The notes: generated from the sequence alone by a model not told the origin. Numbered from the stretch's first letter, positions 15,441 through 25,642 are shown. The stretch is 32,000 nt of DNA from Erysipelothrix inopinata (GCF_014396165.1 NZ_CP060715.1:1290001-1322000), one strand, 5' to 3'. A program made the numbers and translations.

Positions 15441-15544
15441 CCAGTATTCGTAAATATTATCGCATTTTAGAGCGAACTTTATGTTTCAACCAAGTGCATG
15501 TCGTTTATCAACATGATATAATAATTCCATGAAATGAGGAAATT

Positions 15545-16000
15545 ATGAAAAAGAAGTTTGGACTTTTATCGGCATTAGTGATTGCGATAGATTTATATAC
15601 AAAATATTGGATTGAACAAACATTGAATCTTGGCTCTTCAATAACAATAATTCCTGGTTTTTTTGATTTGCATTATCTTCGAAATACAGGTGCAGCTTGG
15701 AGTATGTTAGATGGGAAACGTTGGTTTTTCATTATCTTGGGTTGCATCGTTACTTTGGTATTGTTGTATTATTTCTTGAAAGAAGAAAAACCATGGTATT
15801 CGTTAGGTATTGCATTGATGCTTGCTGGAACAGTTGGGAACCTCTATGACCGTATGGTATTGGGGTATGTTCGTGACATGCTTGCATTTAATTTGTTCGG
15901 ATATCATTTTCCAGTATTTAATGTTGCAGACTCGGCACTTTGCATTGGAGTATTGATATTGGTAGTACAAATGTTTATTGATGAAAAGAGGTCTGTATAA
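15545..16000 (+). CDS. lspA: Lipoprotein signal peptidase II
   Basis: ...LRNTGAAWSM..., ...VGNLYDR..., ...FNVADSALCIGV... are conserved LspA motifs, and there are four TM segments. Confidence 0.9.
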   Translation: MKKKFGLLSALVIAIDLYTKYWIEQTLNLGSSITIIPGFFDLHYLRNTGAAWSMLDGKRWFFIILGCIVTLVLLYYFLKEEKPWYSLGIALMLAGTVGNLYDRMVLGYVRDMLAFNLFGYHFPVFNVADSALCIGVLILVVQMFIDEKRSV

Positions 16001-16908
16001 TGGAAGAAATTATAGTAAATGAGGAATTCGCAGGGATTCGTGTGGATCAGTTTTTAGCACTTGCCCTTCAGGATTACTCCCGATCAACCATACAATCATG
16101 GATTGATCAAAAGAAAATTATTGTGAATGATGAAATTGTGAAACGTAACTATCGGGTAAAAACGGGTGATGTCATTCGTTATGAAATATTAACCGAAGAT
16201 ATTGAACTTGTAGCAGTACCCATGGATTTAGATATTGTCTATGAAGATGATGCCATTATTGTAGTGAATAAACCAAAAGGTTTAATTGTTCACCCATCAG
16301 CATCAAGTCTTAATCAGGCAACACTTGTGCATGGTTTATTAGCACATACGAAGCAGTTAAGTGATATTAATGGTGAATTCCGTCCAGGGATTGTACACCG
16401 TATTGATAAAGATACTTCAGGGTTATTGGTTGTAGCGAAAACTAATGAAGCTCATGAGATTTTAGTACAAGATTTAAAAGATCGAAAAATTTCTCGTGAA
16501 TACTTAGCGTTAGTTCACCATCCTTTTGAACATCAGTCGGCTACCGTTGATGCACCAATTGGTCGCGATCCTAAAAATCGTCAGAGAATGTGTGTTACTG
16601 ATCAAAACAGTAAACATGCAGTGACTCATCTTTATCTTGTAGAAAACTTTAGAGAGTATAGCATTTTGAGATGCAAACTTGATACAGGGAGAACACATCA
16701 AATTCGTGTTCACTGTCAATATATCAAACATCCTATCGTTGGTGATCAAACATATAGTTATAAAAACACACCCGATACGAATGGACAATGTCTCCATGCT
16801 TATAAACTATCACTTGAGCACCCAATTACACGTGAGAAGTTAACTTTCGAATGTGAACTTCCTCAAGAAATGAAAGATGTGATCGAAGAAATTAGGAGGT
16901 TGGATTAG
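16000..16908 (+). CDS. rluD: RluA-family 23S rRNA pseudouridine synthase (RluD-like, N-terminal S4 domain)
   Basis: ...GIVHRIDKDTSGLLVVAKT... is the catalytic Asp motif; ...GRTHQIRVH... also fits. The start overlaps the lspA stop (ATAATG). Confidence 0.88.
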   Translation: MEEIIVNEEFAGIRVDQFLALALQDYSRSTIQSWIDQKKIIVNDEIVKRNYRVKTGDVIRYEILTEDIELVAVPMDLDIVYEDDAIIVVNKPKGLIVHPSASSLNQATLVHGLLAHTKQLSDINGEFRPGIVHRIDKDTSGLLVVAKTNEAHEILVQDLKDRKISREYLALVHHPFEHQSATVDAPIGRDPKNRQRMCVTDQNSKHAVTHLYLVENFREYSILRCKLDTGRTHQIRVHCQYIKHPIVGDQTYSYKNTPDTNGQCLHAYKLSLEHPITREKLTFECELPQEMKDVIEEIRRLD

Positions 16909-18104
16909 TGTATAAACAGACCCAGTATGATTCATGGCTTATCGAGTTATCCAATTACTTTATCAAAGAGTATGGATATCAAATGATAACAATGTCAAAA
17001 GATAATACTGAAATCTGGATGGTAAATCCTTTAAATAAGGTGAATCCAATTGTTATGCTTTCCTCATTGCCTATTTCTCGTTTTAACGCTGAGGCTATAG
17101 GAAAACATCGAGAGTCATTAGCAATCGTGTTTAAAACAATGGCTGAAGGCATAAACATCAGTGTTTATCCTGAAAAAGATTATATTACCGAAAAAAATGT
17201 CGTGGTTGGTCCACTCTATAAGTCTAATTCCTTGGCGTTAAGTCAATTCAAAAACATTGAAACAGTACTTAAAGAGAGTAATAATCCAGATCGCGCATTA
17301 TCCAAAGCAGTCATTAACTTAAAACGTACTGTCCAACAAAGTCAAAAGAAATCCTTTGTTAAAGCGTTTCCTGTTACGAATGCAATTTCTACAATTTGTA
17401 TTGTCATCTTTTCAATCGCAGTGTATCTCAGAATGTCGGGTATTGATTCAACAACTACAGCCGTGATGCTGGGGGCATTCTACAAACGTTTCATTCTTGA
17501 TGCACATGAGTATTGGAGATTTATTACTGCAGGATTCCTTCATGTCGATTTTGTTCATATTATGATGAATCTCTTCGCGCTTCGAAATCTTGGAAGTATG
17601 TTGGAACCTGTATATGGGCATAAGAAATTCCTTGCAATCTTACTTGCGGGAATTATCGGTGGAAATGCGTTTGTCTATATTGTTGATTCAGGAGTAGTTG
17701 GTTTAGGACTATCAGGAGGACTCTTTGCATTACTTGGTGCCTTGCTTGTATACCTAATTGAAACTCAAGCTATTAAGAATCCGAAGGTTTTAAGACAAGT
17801 TGTTTCGATCTTAATGATTAATTTATTTATTAGTTTAATGCCGGGTGTAAGTATGGCAGCACATATTGGTGGATTCCAAGCGGGGGTATTCCTTGGCTTC
17901 GTCTTCTCCAAACGTAGCAGTTGGTCAACACTGCGCAAACAAGTAGCAGTACTGGGAAGTATTTTTGCTATTGCGATTATTTATATTATGACTCAAAAAC
18001 CTTATACAACAGTCGATCTTGCACTGGATAACCGTGTCATTGATGCTTGGTCACAGATTGGTTTAAAGAGTTATGCAGATCGTTTATTACGATTACTATT
18101 TTAG
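16908..18104 (+). CDS. Rhomboid-family intramembrane serine protease with a long N-terminal cytoplasmic domain (GluP/YqgP-like architecture)
   Basis: ...WRFITAGFLHVDFVHIMMNL..., GLSGGLFALLGA (GxSG catalytic Ser), AAHIGGFQAG (catalytic His). GTG start after AGGAGG. Confidence 0.85.
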   Translation: MYKQTQYDSWLIELSNYFIKEYGYQMITMSKDNTEIWMVNPLNKVNPIVMLSSLPISRFNAEAIGKHRESLAIVFKTMAEGINISVYPEKDYITEKNVVVGPLYKSNSLALSQFKNIETVLKESNNPDRALSKAVINLKRTVQQSQKKSFVKAFPVTNAISTICIVIFSIAVYLRMSGIDSTTTAVMLGAFYKRFILDAHEYWRFITAGFLHVDFVHIMMNLFALRNLGSMLEPVYGHKKFLAILLAGIIGGNAFVYIVDSGVVGLGLSGGLFALLGALLVYLIETQAIKNPKVLRQVVSILMINLFISLMPGVSMAAHIGGFQAGVFLGFVFSKRSSWSTLRKQVAVLGSIFAIAIIYIMTQKPYTTVDLALDNRVIDAWSQIGLKSYADRLLRLLF

Positions 18105-18113
18105 GAGGCTATC

Positions 18114-18596
18114 ATGAGCAAACGTAAGAATGCCATTACTTGGGATGAATATTTTATGGGTTTAGCCCATCTTTCAGCAATGAGATCTAAAGATCCATCC
18201 ACTCAGGTTGGAGCAGTGATCGTTGATACATCAAAAAAAATAGTTGGAATTGGCTATAATGGCCTTCCAACTGGTTTGTCAGATGATGAATTTCCATGGG
18301 GACGTGAAGGTGAAGTTTTGGAAACAAAATATCCTTACGTAGTCCATGCTGAATTGAATGCAATCTTAAATGCGACATTATCATTAAATGGATGCAGTAT
18401 CTATGTTTCATTATTTCCTTGCAATGAATGTGCGAAAGCAATCGTTCAAGCAGGTATTAAAGAAATTGTTTATGAAGATGATAAATATGCAGAAACTGAT
18501 TCTGTAATTGCATCAAAACGAATGCTGAAAGCTGCAGGAATTAATCTCCGCCAGCTTCCACAAAGTGTTCATGTTACTCTTAATCATGGTGAATAA
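18114..18596 (+). CDS. comEB: dCMP deaminase (ComEB-type)
   Basis: Zinc-binding motifs HAELNA and PCNECA; N-terminal ...WDEYFMGLAHLSAMRSKDPSTQVGAVIV. Confidence 0.9.
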   Translation: MSKRKNAITWDEYFMGLAHLSAMRSKDPSTQVGAVIVDTSKKIVGIGYNGLPTGLSDDEFPWGREGEVLETKYPYVVHAELNAILNATLSLNGCSIYVSLFPCNECAKAIVQAGIKEIVYEDDKYAETDSVIASKRMLKAAGINLRQLPQSVHVTLNHGE

Positions 18597-19473
18597 TTCG
18601 CTGTGTATTACTAAAGTGGTATTTTGCCACTTTTTCCAATATTTCAGGACCGTGCTCTTTAACAAGAGCCTGTCCAAAGGTGTCAACGTGTGTGCCTGCT
18701 CCCTTAGGGAATGTGACGCCATATGTTTCCTCTAACTGTTCGTATGCTTTTAAGAAGGCATAACGTGCAATGATGGCACCACAAGCAACAGCAAGATATT
18801 TATTCTCAGCTTTTGTTTCAAAATGAAGCTTGCGGTAGACCGCTTTCTCATTGACTAGAGCTTCATAATAACGATTCTCAGGCATGAATTGGTCAACAAC
18901 AGCCAAGTCAGGCATGACTTCAGCTTTTTCTGCAAGATGGAGATAGGCTTGGTTGTGAAGCTTCGCTTTGATGACATTAAGATTCATGGTTTGATGAATG
19001 ATATTATAGCGTTGGTTCTGGAGAACTAATAAACTATAAGTAATCTCGTCCATAATTTTAGGTGCAATCTGGAGTATGACTTCATCCTTCATTTGTTTTG
19101 TATCCATGATTTCATGGATGGGAAGATGTTTCATATTTTCTTCAGTGACAAGCGCAGCACATACTGTGATGGGACCAAAGTAATCACCGGTTCCAACTTC
19201 ATCACTTCCAGCATGGAATACTGCTTGAGGAGATGATATTGTTTGGGATGATGATTTACTTTCAGTTTTACCATCTGTGTAAGGCGATGCATGATATTCG
19301 GCACCTTCACCAGAAAACACAACTTTACCGCTGGTATAAGCTGTGATTGTGAAGTCTGAACCTTTAATTTGATAATGTGTATATTGAATATCAAAACGCA
19401 TTGGCAATTTTGCATAGCGTTCTTTAAGTTCCTTAATTTGATTTTGTGTGAGTTTTACCGTAATTGTTTTCAT
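18580..19473 (-). CDS. rnhC: Ribonuclease HIII
   Basis: N-terminal DUF3378-like region and catalytic ...GSDEVGTGDYFGP... The 3' end overlaps the convergent comEB by 17 nt. Confidence 0.88.
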   Translation of the reverse strand: MKTITVKLTQNQIKELKERYAKLPMRFDIQYTHYQIKGSDFTITAYTSGKVVFSGEGAEYHASPYTDGKTESKSSSQTISSPQAVFHAGSDEVGTGDYFGPITVCAALVTEENMKHLPIHEIMDTKQMKDEVILQIAPKIMDEITYSLLVLQNQRYNIIHQTMNLNVIKAKLHNQAYLHLAEKAEVMPDLAVVDQFMPENRYYEALVNEKAVYRKLHFETKAENKYLAVACGAIIARYAFLKAYEQLEETYGVTFPKGAGTHVDTFGQALVKEHGPEILEKVAKYHFSNTQRIIHHD

Positions 19474-19526
19474 ACTAATAATATAGACTATAATAAGTGT
19501 TAGTTCAACGAAAAGGAGTGATCATT

Positions 19527-20192
19527 GTGTTTGTTTTTCCAACTGATTGGATTGTTTATTTAAATGGGGTGCTAATCATATGGTTGTTGATTGAAATATA
19601 TCAAGGGTATAAGCGCGGCTTACTTTTACAACTCGTTGATTTCGTAGGAACTTTTGTATCGTTATTTATTGCATGGGTGATTTCACCAGTGTTTGAAAAA
19701 GTATATGCCTTCGTCGCAATCGAAGGGAATGGTTTTATTACCGTAAACCAAGTTGTATCACAACAAATTAATCGTTTGGTTTGGTTCGTAATCTTATTTG
19801 CTGCCATTCGTTTATTATTGATGTTAGTAACACCACTTGCATCGTTTATTTCAAAAATGCCTTTGATTAAACAAGTGAATTCAGCAATCGGTGGTGTCTT
19901 TGCTGTTTTATTATTTATCTTTAAAATGGTTGTAGTATGTATCTTACTCTCTACACCTATTGTAAAAAATGGAAATCAGATAGTCGAACGAACATGGCTC
20001 AATAAAATTGAGAGTGTTACGGCACCCATTTCTTCATCCGTTGATCAATTTATTCAACGCAATGATGCGATTCAATCGATTATCTTGAATCAAAGATTAA
20101 CTCCTGAGCAAGAAGATGCTATGTCAAAATGGCTCTATGAAAAAGGATTTAATGAAAAAGAAATTAAGGAGTATATAAATAGTTATGAATAA
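19527..20192 (+). CDS. cvpA: CvpA-family membrane protein
   Basis: Four hydrophobic helices with a CvpA-like N-terminus (...YQGYKRGLLLQLVDFVGTFVSLFIAW...). The GTG at 19527 is 7 nt after AAAGGAG. Its position next to rnhC and upstream of mutS2 parallels the yshB position in Bacillus. Confidence 0.75.
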   Translation: MFVFPTDWIVYLNGVLIIWLLIEIYQGYKRGLLLQLVDFVGTFVSLFIAWVISPVFEKVYAFVAIEGNGFITVNQVVSQQINRLVWFVILFAAIRLLLMLVTPLASFISKMPLIKQVNSAIGGVFAVLLFIFKMVVVCILLSTPIVKNGNQIVERTWLNKIESVTAPISSSVDQFIQRNDAIQSIILNQRLTPEQEDAMSKWLYEKGFNEKEIKEYINSYE

Positions 20193-22467
20193 TATATCGT
20201 CGCGATTAGAGTTCGATAAAGTTCTGACTCAGGTTGCTCAATATGCTTCTTTCTCTTTGGGGAAAGAAGCTATTCTTGCAAGTGAGCCGTCTTATTCGCC
20301 ACTAATTGTTAAACGTGACTTAAATCGAATGAGTGAGGCACTGCGATGCGTGGTGTCTTTTGGTTCGTTATCATTTGGGGGAATTAGTGATGTATCGAGA
20401 GAGCTTCGTTTTACTGAAAAAGCAGGCGTGCTTTCTGTCGATGAAATTGTGAAAGTTGGAAGATTCATGCAAGGTATTAATCGTCTTAAAAAGCAATTTG
20501 ATGCTTTAGAAGATGATTATGAGGCTATGGATGATCTTTTCGCAAGTTTAGAAATCAATCAAACCCTACTTAATAATATTGATCACTGTTTTGGTGAACA
20601 AGGAGAAGTCTTGGATAGAGCAAGTGTTGAATTGGGTACAATTCGACGTGAAATGCGTCAACTTGAACAGACGATTGATCGTAAAACTCAGGAGTTTTTA
20701 AATAAGAATCGTGAGATGTTAAGTGAAGCAGTTGTATCACTTCAACAAGGTCGTCGTACCTTTCTTATTAAGCCCTCTGAAAAATATAAAATGGAAGGAA
20801 CCATTTACGGTGAATCAGCATCCGGTCAGTCCATTTATTTTGAACCTGCATTCTTAGGGAAAATGCAAAATGATTTGCTTCAATATCGTCATCGAGAGCT
20901 GAATGAGATTGAAAAGATATGTGCTAGAACTTCTGCAGAAATAGCCCAAGATGCACAGCAATTAGATGCAAACCTTGATACTGTTACTGTAATTGATGCA
21001 CTTTTTGCGAAAGCAGAGTGGGGATATAAGCATGATGCTGTCGTAGCAACGATGAGTCAAGATACTTTAAAAATTGTGAATGCCCGTCATCCACTCATTA
21101 ATCCAAAAGAAGTTGTTGCGAATACATACCAATTAACACCACCTCATAAGATGATTCTTATAAGTGGTCCGAATACAGGCGGTAAGTCTGTTTCGCTTAA
21201 AACTATGGGACTTGCTGTCGCCATGACACATGCAGGTTTTCCAATTTGTGCTGAGTCCGCAACCGTGATGTTTGTGGATCAAATATTTGTCGATATTGGT
21301 GACCAACAATCAATAGAAAAGTCATTGTCATCATTTTCTGCGCATATGCAAACCATGACAACAGTGAGTCAGAAAGCGACTCGCAAGTCACTTGTTCTCT
21401 TAGATGAGTTAGGATCACAAACAGATCCTCTCGAAGGGGAGAGCCTCTCTATGGCCATTCTAGACCATTTTAGAGAAGTAGGATGTTGGGTAGTGGCTAC
21501 AACACACTTTTCGCGTCTGAAACAATACGGAACACAGTATGATGATATTCTCATTGCGAGTGTTGAGTTTGATTTAAATAACTTGAAACCTACTTACCGA
21601 TACCGTGAGAATATTATGGGTGAATCAAATGCTTTTGCAATTGCTAAACGTTTGGGGCTAGATCCTGAAATTATCGATCGTGCCTTTAAATATAAGCAAG
21701 AAAGCCAATATGAAACGGACCACATGATGGAAATTCTAGAAGGAAAGATTGCGGAACAAGAAAAACTTAACGAAGCTCTTAAAGAAAAAGAAACAGAACT
21801 CCATCAACAACAAGCAACGCTTCAAAAACAACTTGAAGAAAGTAAAAAACAACTTGAAGTAGAGCGTGAGAAGTTACGCGAAGAAAATGATGTCTTGTTA
21901 GAAGATATGATTCGTGAAGCTGAGAAGCAAATGGAAACACTCAACAAAACTAACCGTCCAGATTTACGTCAAAAGGCAGTAAAAAATATTGCGAAAATGC
22001 AAAAAGAAGTTATTGATGAAACCATTTCATCTGGTGATCGTGTTCAACTTAAAGCAACCGGTCAAGTTGGTGTCGTAGATAAGGTTGAGAAAAATTCAGC
22101 TCTCGTAACGATTGGTGGTCTTGTCATGAGTGTAAATCTCAATAAACTTACAAAAATTGCGGGTCCTGCCCAACCTGTTAAGAAAAAATATACGAAATCA
22201 CATTCTGTTAAAACACTTTCTTCGTTTAAGACAGAGGTCAATGTAATTGGGCTCCGTGTTGCGGAAGCACTTCCCATCGTTGACAAATTTATCGATGAGT
22301 GTTTGGTTCACAATGTTCAGGTATGTCGTGTTGTTCACGGACATGGAACCGGAACGCTGCGTACAGCCGTTCATGATTCCCTACGAAGAAATCGAAATGT
22401 TAAGAGCTTTGAACTTGCATCCATTAGTGAGGGTGGAGCGGGTGCAACGGTCGTTAAACTTAAGTAA
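20185..22467 (+). CDS. mutS2: Endonuclease MutS2 (MutS domain V ATPase plus C-terminal Smr domain)
   Basis: Walker A GPNTGGKS, ...LLDELGSQTDP..., a coiled-coil region, and Smr ...VVHGHGTGTLRTAV... Confidence 0.93.
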   Translation: MNNISSRLEFDKVLTQVAQYASFSLGKEAILASEPSYSPLIVKRDLNRMSEALRCVVSFGSLSFGGISDVSRELRFTEKAGVLSVDEIVKVGRFMQGINRLKKQFDALEDDYEAMDDLFASLEINQTLLNNIDHCFGEQGEVLDRASVELGTIRREMRQLEQTIDRKTQEFLNKNREMLSEAVVSLQQGRRTFLIKPSEKYKMEGTIYGESASGQSIYFEPAFLGKMQNDLLQYRHRELNEIEKICARTSAEIAQDAQQLDANLDTVTVIDALFAKAEWGYKHDAVVATMSQDTLKIVNARHPLINPKEVVANTYQLTPPHKMILISGPNTGGKSVSLKTMGLAVAMTHAGFPICAESATVMFVDQIFVDIGDQQSIEKSLSSFSAHMQTMTTVSQKATRKSLVLLDELGSQTDPLEGESLSMAILDHFREVGCWVVATTHFSRLKQYGTQYDDILIASVEFDLNNLKPTYRYRENIMGESNAFAIAKRLGLDPEIIDRAFKYKQESQYETDHMMEILEGKIAEQEKLNEALKEKETELHQQQATLQKQLEESKKQLEVEREKLREENDVLLEDMIREAEKQMETLNKTNRPDLRQKAVKNIAKMQKEVIDETISSGDRVQLKATGQVGVVDKVEKNSALVTIGGLVMSVNLNKLTKIAGPAQPVKKKYTKSHSVKTLSSFKTEVNVIGLRVAEALPIVDKFIDECLVHNVQVCRVVHGHGTGTLRTAVHDSLRRNRNVKSFELASISEGGAGATVVKLK

Positions 22468-24233
22468 TGAATAAAACTGTTGCAGAGAAATTAGAAATGC
22501 TTCCTACTGATCCAGGGTGCTACCTCATGAAAAACAAGCAAAATGAGATTATTTATGTAGGGAAGGCAAAAAATCTTAAGAATCGTGTGAGCTCCTACTT
22601 TACTGGAGCACACGATCATAAAACAACAAAAATGGTGAGCAACATTCATGATTTTGAGTTTATTATTACGAGTACAGAAAAAGAATCTCTGATTTTAGAA
22701 ATCAATTTAATCAAAGAACATCGACCTCGATTTAATATTCTCTTCATGGATGATAAATCATATCCGTATTTAAAAATATCCAAAACTGGGAAACCTGAAG
22801 TCATGGTTGCTAGAGATCGTAAACAATCTCCAAAGTTTACGTATTTTGGTCCGTATCCCGATGCAACTGCAGCACGAGAAATGGCACGACTTCTCAATGA
22901 ATCATCACCCCAAGGATCGGTATTACTACCGAATAGAGACGCAATTTATTCTCAATTCAACCGAACTCAAAAAGAATATACTGAAGAGGAATTAGAGACA
23001 TGGAGACAAAATGTTGTTAGCGTTTTGAATGGAAATATCAAAGATTTTACTGATGTTCTTGAGAAGAAAATGATTCAAGCCAGTGAGAATCTAGAGTTTG
23101 AGTTGGCTCAAACTTATAAAGATCGTTTGGATGCGTTGCGTTACATAAGTGATAAACAACAAGTTCAATTTGCTAAAAACGAAAATTTCGATTTATTCCA
23201 TTATGCTTATTATCAAGGGTATATTGCAATCGTGGGGTTATTTGTTAGAGCTGGACGTCTTTTAGAGAGAACAATGGCAATCGAACCCTGTATGGAAGAA
23301 CCAGACGAGGCTCTCTTCTCGTTTATTGCCCAATTCTATGAGAATCAACCCGTTCCCAAAATTATTTATGTACCCGAAGCATTAAATGCTGAAGATCTTC
23401 AAGATATATTAGGTACTGAAGTTAAACATGCTCTGCGAGGTAAGAAAAGAACATTACTTGACATCACGCAACGCAATGCAAAACAGCAAATTACGGAACA
23501 ATTCACATTGCTTAAAAAACGTCAAGATTTCCGTGATGATGCGCTTCTCGAACTTCAAAATGTGCTAGGATTTAAAGATTCGATTCATCGTATTGAAATC
23601 TTTGATAACTCCCATATTTCAGGGAGCTACGCAGTGTCTGCTTGTGTTGTATTTGATGATGGCGAACCTAATAAAAGCCAATACAGACGTTATCGCCTCC
23701 ACCAAGGAAACGATGATGTGGCTTCAATGAAAGAAGTCCTATACCGTCGCTATTTTAGAATATTAAAAGAAGGAAAAGTCATGCCAGATTTAATTTGCGT
23801 CGATGGTGGTAAAGGTCAATTGGGTGCAGCCCTAGAGATTAAAGAAATGCTTGATCTTGATGTTACTATTTGTGGTCTTGTGAAAGATGACCGTCACCGC
23901 ACGCATGCATTGATGAATGAAAACATGGAAATAATGAACGTTGATGAGCGTTCACCACTTTTCGGATTACTCGTTCAAATGCAAGACGAAGTTCACCGAT
24001 TTGTTATCAGCTATCATAAATTATTACGTAAAAAAGCAATGACGAAATCAATTTTAGATGAAGTAGCTGGTCTTGGTCCCACCCGTCAAAAGAAACTCTT
24101 CAAAGAGTTTGGCAACCTTAAAAATATAAAAGAAGCTTCCGTAGAGGAACTAAGTCGTGTTGTTCCCAAAGAAGTTGCGGAAGAACTGTATGACATTTTA
24201 AACATTGATTGGGGGAATAAAAATGCCTACTAA
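22467..24233 (+). CDS. uvrC: Excinuclease ABC subunit C
   Basis: GIY-YIG N-terminus (GCYLMKNKQNEIIYVGKAKNLKNRVSSY), UVR domain (...LEFELAQTYKDRLDALRY), and C-terminal (HhH)2. The start overlaps the mutS2 stop (TAATG). Confidence 0.95.
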   Translation: MNKTVAEKLEMLPTDPGCYLMKNKQNEIIYVGKAKNLKNRVSSYFTGAHDHKTTKMVSNIHDFEFIITSTEKESLILEINLIKEHRPRFNILFMDDKSYPYLKISKTGKPEVMVARDRKQSPKFTYFGPYPDATAAREMARLLNESSPQGSVLLPNRDAIYSQFNRTQKEYTEEELETWRQNVVSVLNGNIKDFTDVLEKKMIQASENLEFELAQTYKDRLDALRYISDKQQVQFAKNENFDLFHYAYYQGYIAIVGLFVRAGRLLERTMAIEPCMEEPDEALFSFIAQFYENQPVPKIIYVPEALNAEDLQDILGTEVKHALRGKKRTLLDITQRNAKQQITEQFTLLKKRQDFRDDALLELQNVLGFKDSIHRIEIFDNSHISGSYAVSACVVFDDGEPNKSQYRRYRLHQGNDDVASMKEVLYRRYFRILKEGKVMPDLICVDGGKGQLGAALEIKEMLDLDVTICGLVKDDRHRTHALMNENMEIMNVDERSPLFGLLVQMQDEVHRFVISYHKLLRKKAMTKSILDEVAGLGPTRQKKLFKEFGNLKNIKEASVEELSRVVPKEVAEELYDILNIDWGNKNAY

Positions 24234-24966
24234 TAAAACACTAGGAATTTATGATTCAGGTCTTGGCGGATACAGTGTCTACCAAGATTTGAGAGTAGCG
24301 TATCCAGAGTATGATATGATCCTCTTTGCAGATCAAAAGAACGCACCTTATGGCAATCAGTCAGATGAAGCAATCAACAATCTCGCAAGAAATGCCATGC
24401 AATGGTTTGTAAATCATGATATTGAAAATGTACTCATTGCATGTAACACTGTATCAGCTGTCTCGTTATCTATTCTTAAAAAAGAATATCCAAGTTTGAA
24501 TATTTATGGAATTATTGATTTAACCGCTTCGCAAATTCATAACCAAGATAAGCACATTGCCATCGTATCAACACAAGCAACTTATCAATCTCATGCCTAT
24601 GCGAAAGTTTTGCATGAGAATGAAGTCACAGAACTAGCTCTTCCAGAGCTCGTGAAGCACATTGAGTCTTTAGATGATGAGCAAATCATAAAAAATTATC
24701 TTGATAAATTCAAACAACCAATAAGTGCATGTGATAAGATTATTCTAGGATGTACACACTATCCATTGGTTGATTATTTGTTCAAAGAAGTGTTCAATAA
24801 GGAAATACTTGATAGTCGTAAACCAATTCGTCAGTTTGTTGGAACACTGGCAATTGGCGAAAATGGATATCATTGTGTATATACTACTGGAGATGCAGAA
24901 ATTATGTCTCAACAAATATTTGATTTATTTAATATTCAAGAGGAGGTAGTTCATTATGGCGATTGA
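24223..24966 (+). CDS. murI: Glutamate racemase
   Basis: ...GIYDSGLGGYSV..., ...IACNTVSA..., ...LGCTHYPL... include both catalytic Cys motifs. The ATG at 24223 follows GGGGGAA and overlaps the uvrC 3' end by 11 nt. Confidence 0.92.
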   Translation: MPTNKTLGIYDSGLGGYSVYQDLRVAYPEYDMILFADQKNAPYGNQSDEAINNLARNAMQWFVNHDIENVLIACNTVSAVSLSILKKEYPSLNIYGIIDLTASQIHNQDKHIAIVSTQATYQSHAYAKVLHENEVTELALPELVKHIESLDDEQIIKNYLDKFKQPISACDKIILGCTHYPLVDYLFKEVFNKEILDSRKPIRQFVGTLAIGENGYHCVYTTGDAEIMSQQIFDLFNIQEEVVHYGD

Positions 24967-25435
24967 AGTAATTATTTTAAGTGATAACCATGGCAAGGTA
25001 AAGGTCATGGATCAGATTAGGGAAGCGTACCCTAACGCTGATGCGTACCTTCATTGTGGTGATAACGAATTAAGAAATAGTGATATGGAACCTTACCATG
25101 CCGTAACAGGAAATAATGATTACTTTTATACTTACCCTGAACAATTAGTAGTAAATGTGAAGGGCCATCGCTTCTTTATTACACATAGCCATACTTTAAG
25201 ATATGGGAAGCGTATTGAAGACCTCGTGATGCTTGCTAAGAAGAATCAATGCGAATTTGCATGTTATGGCCATACCCATATTTTTGATGATCAAATCGTC
25301 GATGGTATTCATATCATTAATCCAGGTTCGCTCTATTATAATCGTGATGGATCTCAACCAAGTTTCGCAAGATTAACCATTGATGATGAAGGAAATACAA
25401 CTGTAGAAAAATTATATGCGGAAGATTTACAATAA
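24956..25435 (+). CDS. YfcE/MJ0936-family metallophosphoesterase (YsnB-like)
   Basis: Motifs LSDNHG, HCGDN, GNND and GHTH. It overlaps the murI 3' end by 11 nt. Confidence 0.85.
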   Translation: MAIEVIILSDNHGKVKVMDQIREAYPNADAYLHCGDNELRNSDMEPYHAVTGNNDYFYTYPEQLVVNVKGHRFFITHSHTLRYGKRIEDLVMLAKKNQCEFACYGHTHIFDDQIVDGIHIINPGSLYYNRDGSQPSFARLTIDDEGNTTVEKLYAEDLQ

Positions 25436-25483
25436 CCGTTGTAATCGTTGCGACAATTTGGTATTATAATAATCGTCGCACAG

Positions 25484-25559
25484 GTCTTCGTAGCTCAGTG
25501 GATAGAGCACGCGCCTTCTAAGCGTGTGGTCGGGGGTTCGAATCCCTCCGAGGACGCCA
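25484..25559 (+). tRNA. tRNA-Arg (anticodon UCU), encoded CCA
   Basis: GTCTTCGTAGCTCAGTGGATAGAGCACGCGCCTTCTAAGCGTGTGGTCGGGGGTTCGAATCCCTCCGAGGACGCCA, with anticodon stem CGCGC/GCGTG and loop CUUCUAA. Confidence 0.92.
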
Positions 25560-25570
25560 TATAGACATCA

Positions 25571-25594
25571 AACCCACTCTAGAGTGGGTTTTTT
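25571..25594 (+). terminator. Intrinsic terminator after tRNA-Arg(UCU)
   Basis: AACCCAC (25571-25577), loop TCTAGA, GTGGGTT (25584-25590), followed by a T-run. Confidence 0.8.
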
Positions 25595-25613
25595 AGTGTA
25601 TCGATGAACGGTG

Positions 25614-25642
25614 CCTACCAAAATCCTACCACTTTCCTACCA
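25614..25642 (+). repeat. Three direct CCTACCA repeats at exact 11-bp phasing
   Basis: CCTACCA occurs at 25614-25620, 25625-25631 and 25636-25642, between the tRNA-Arg terminator and the integrase remnant. Confidence 0.7.
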
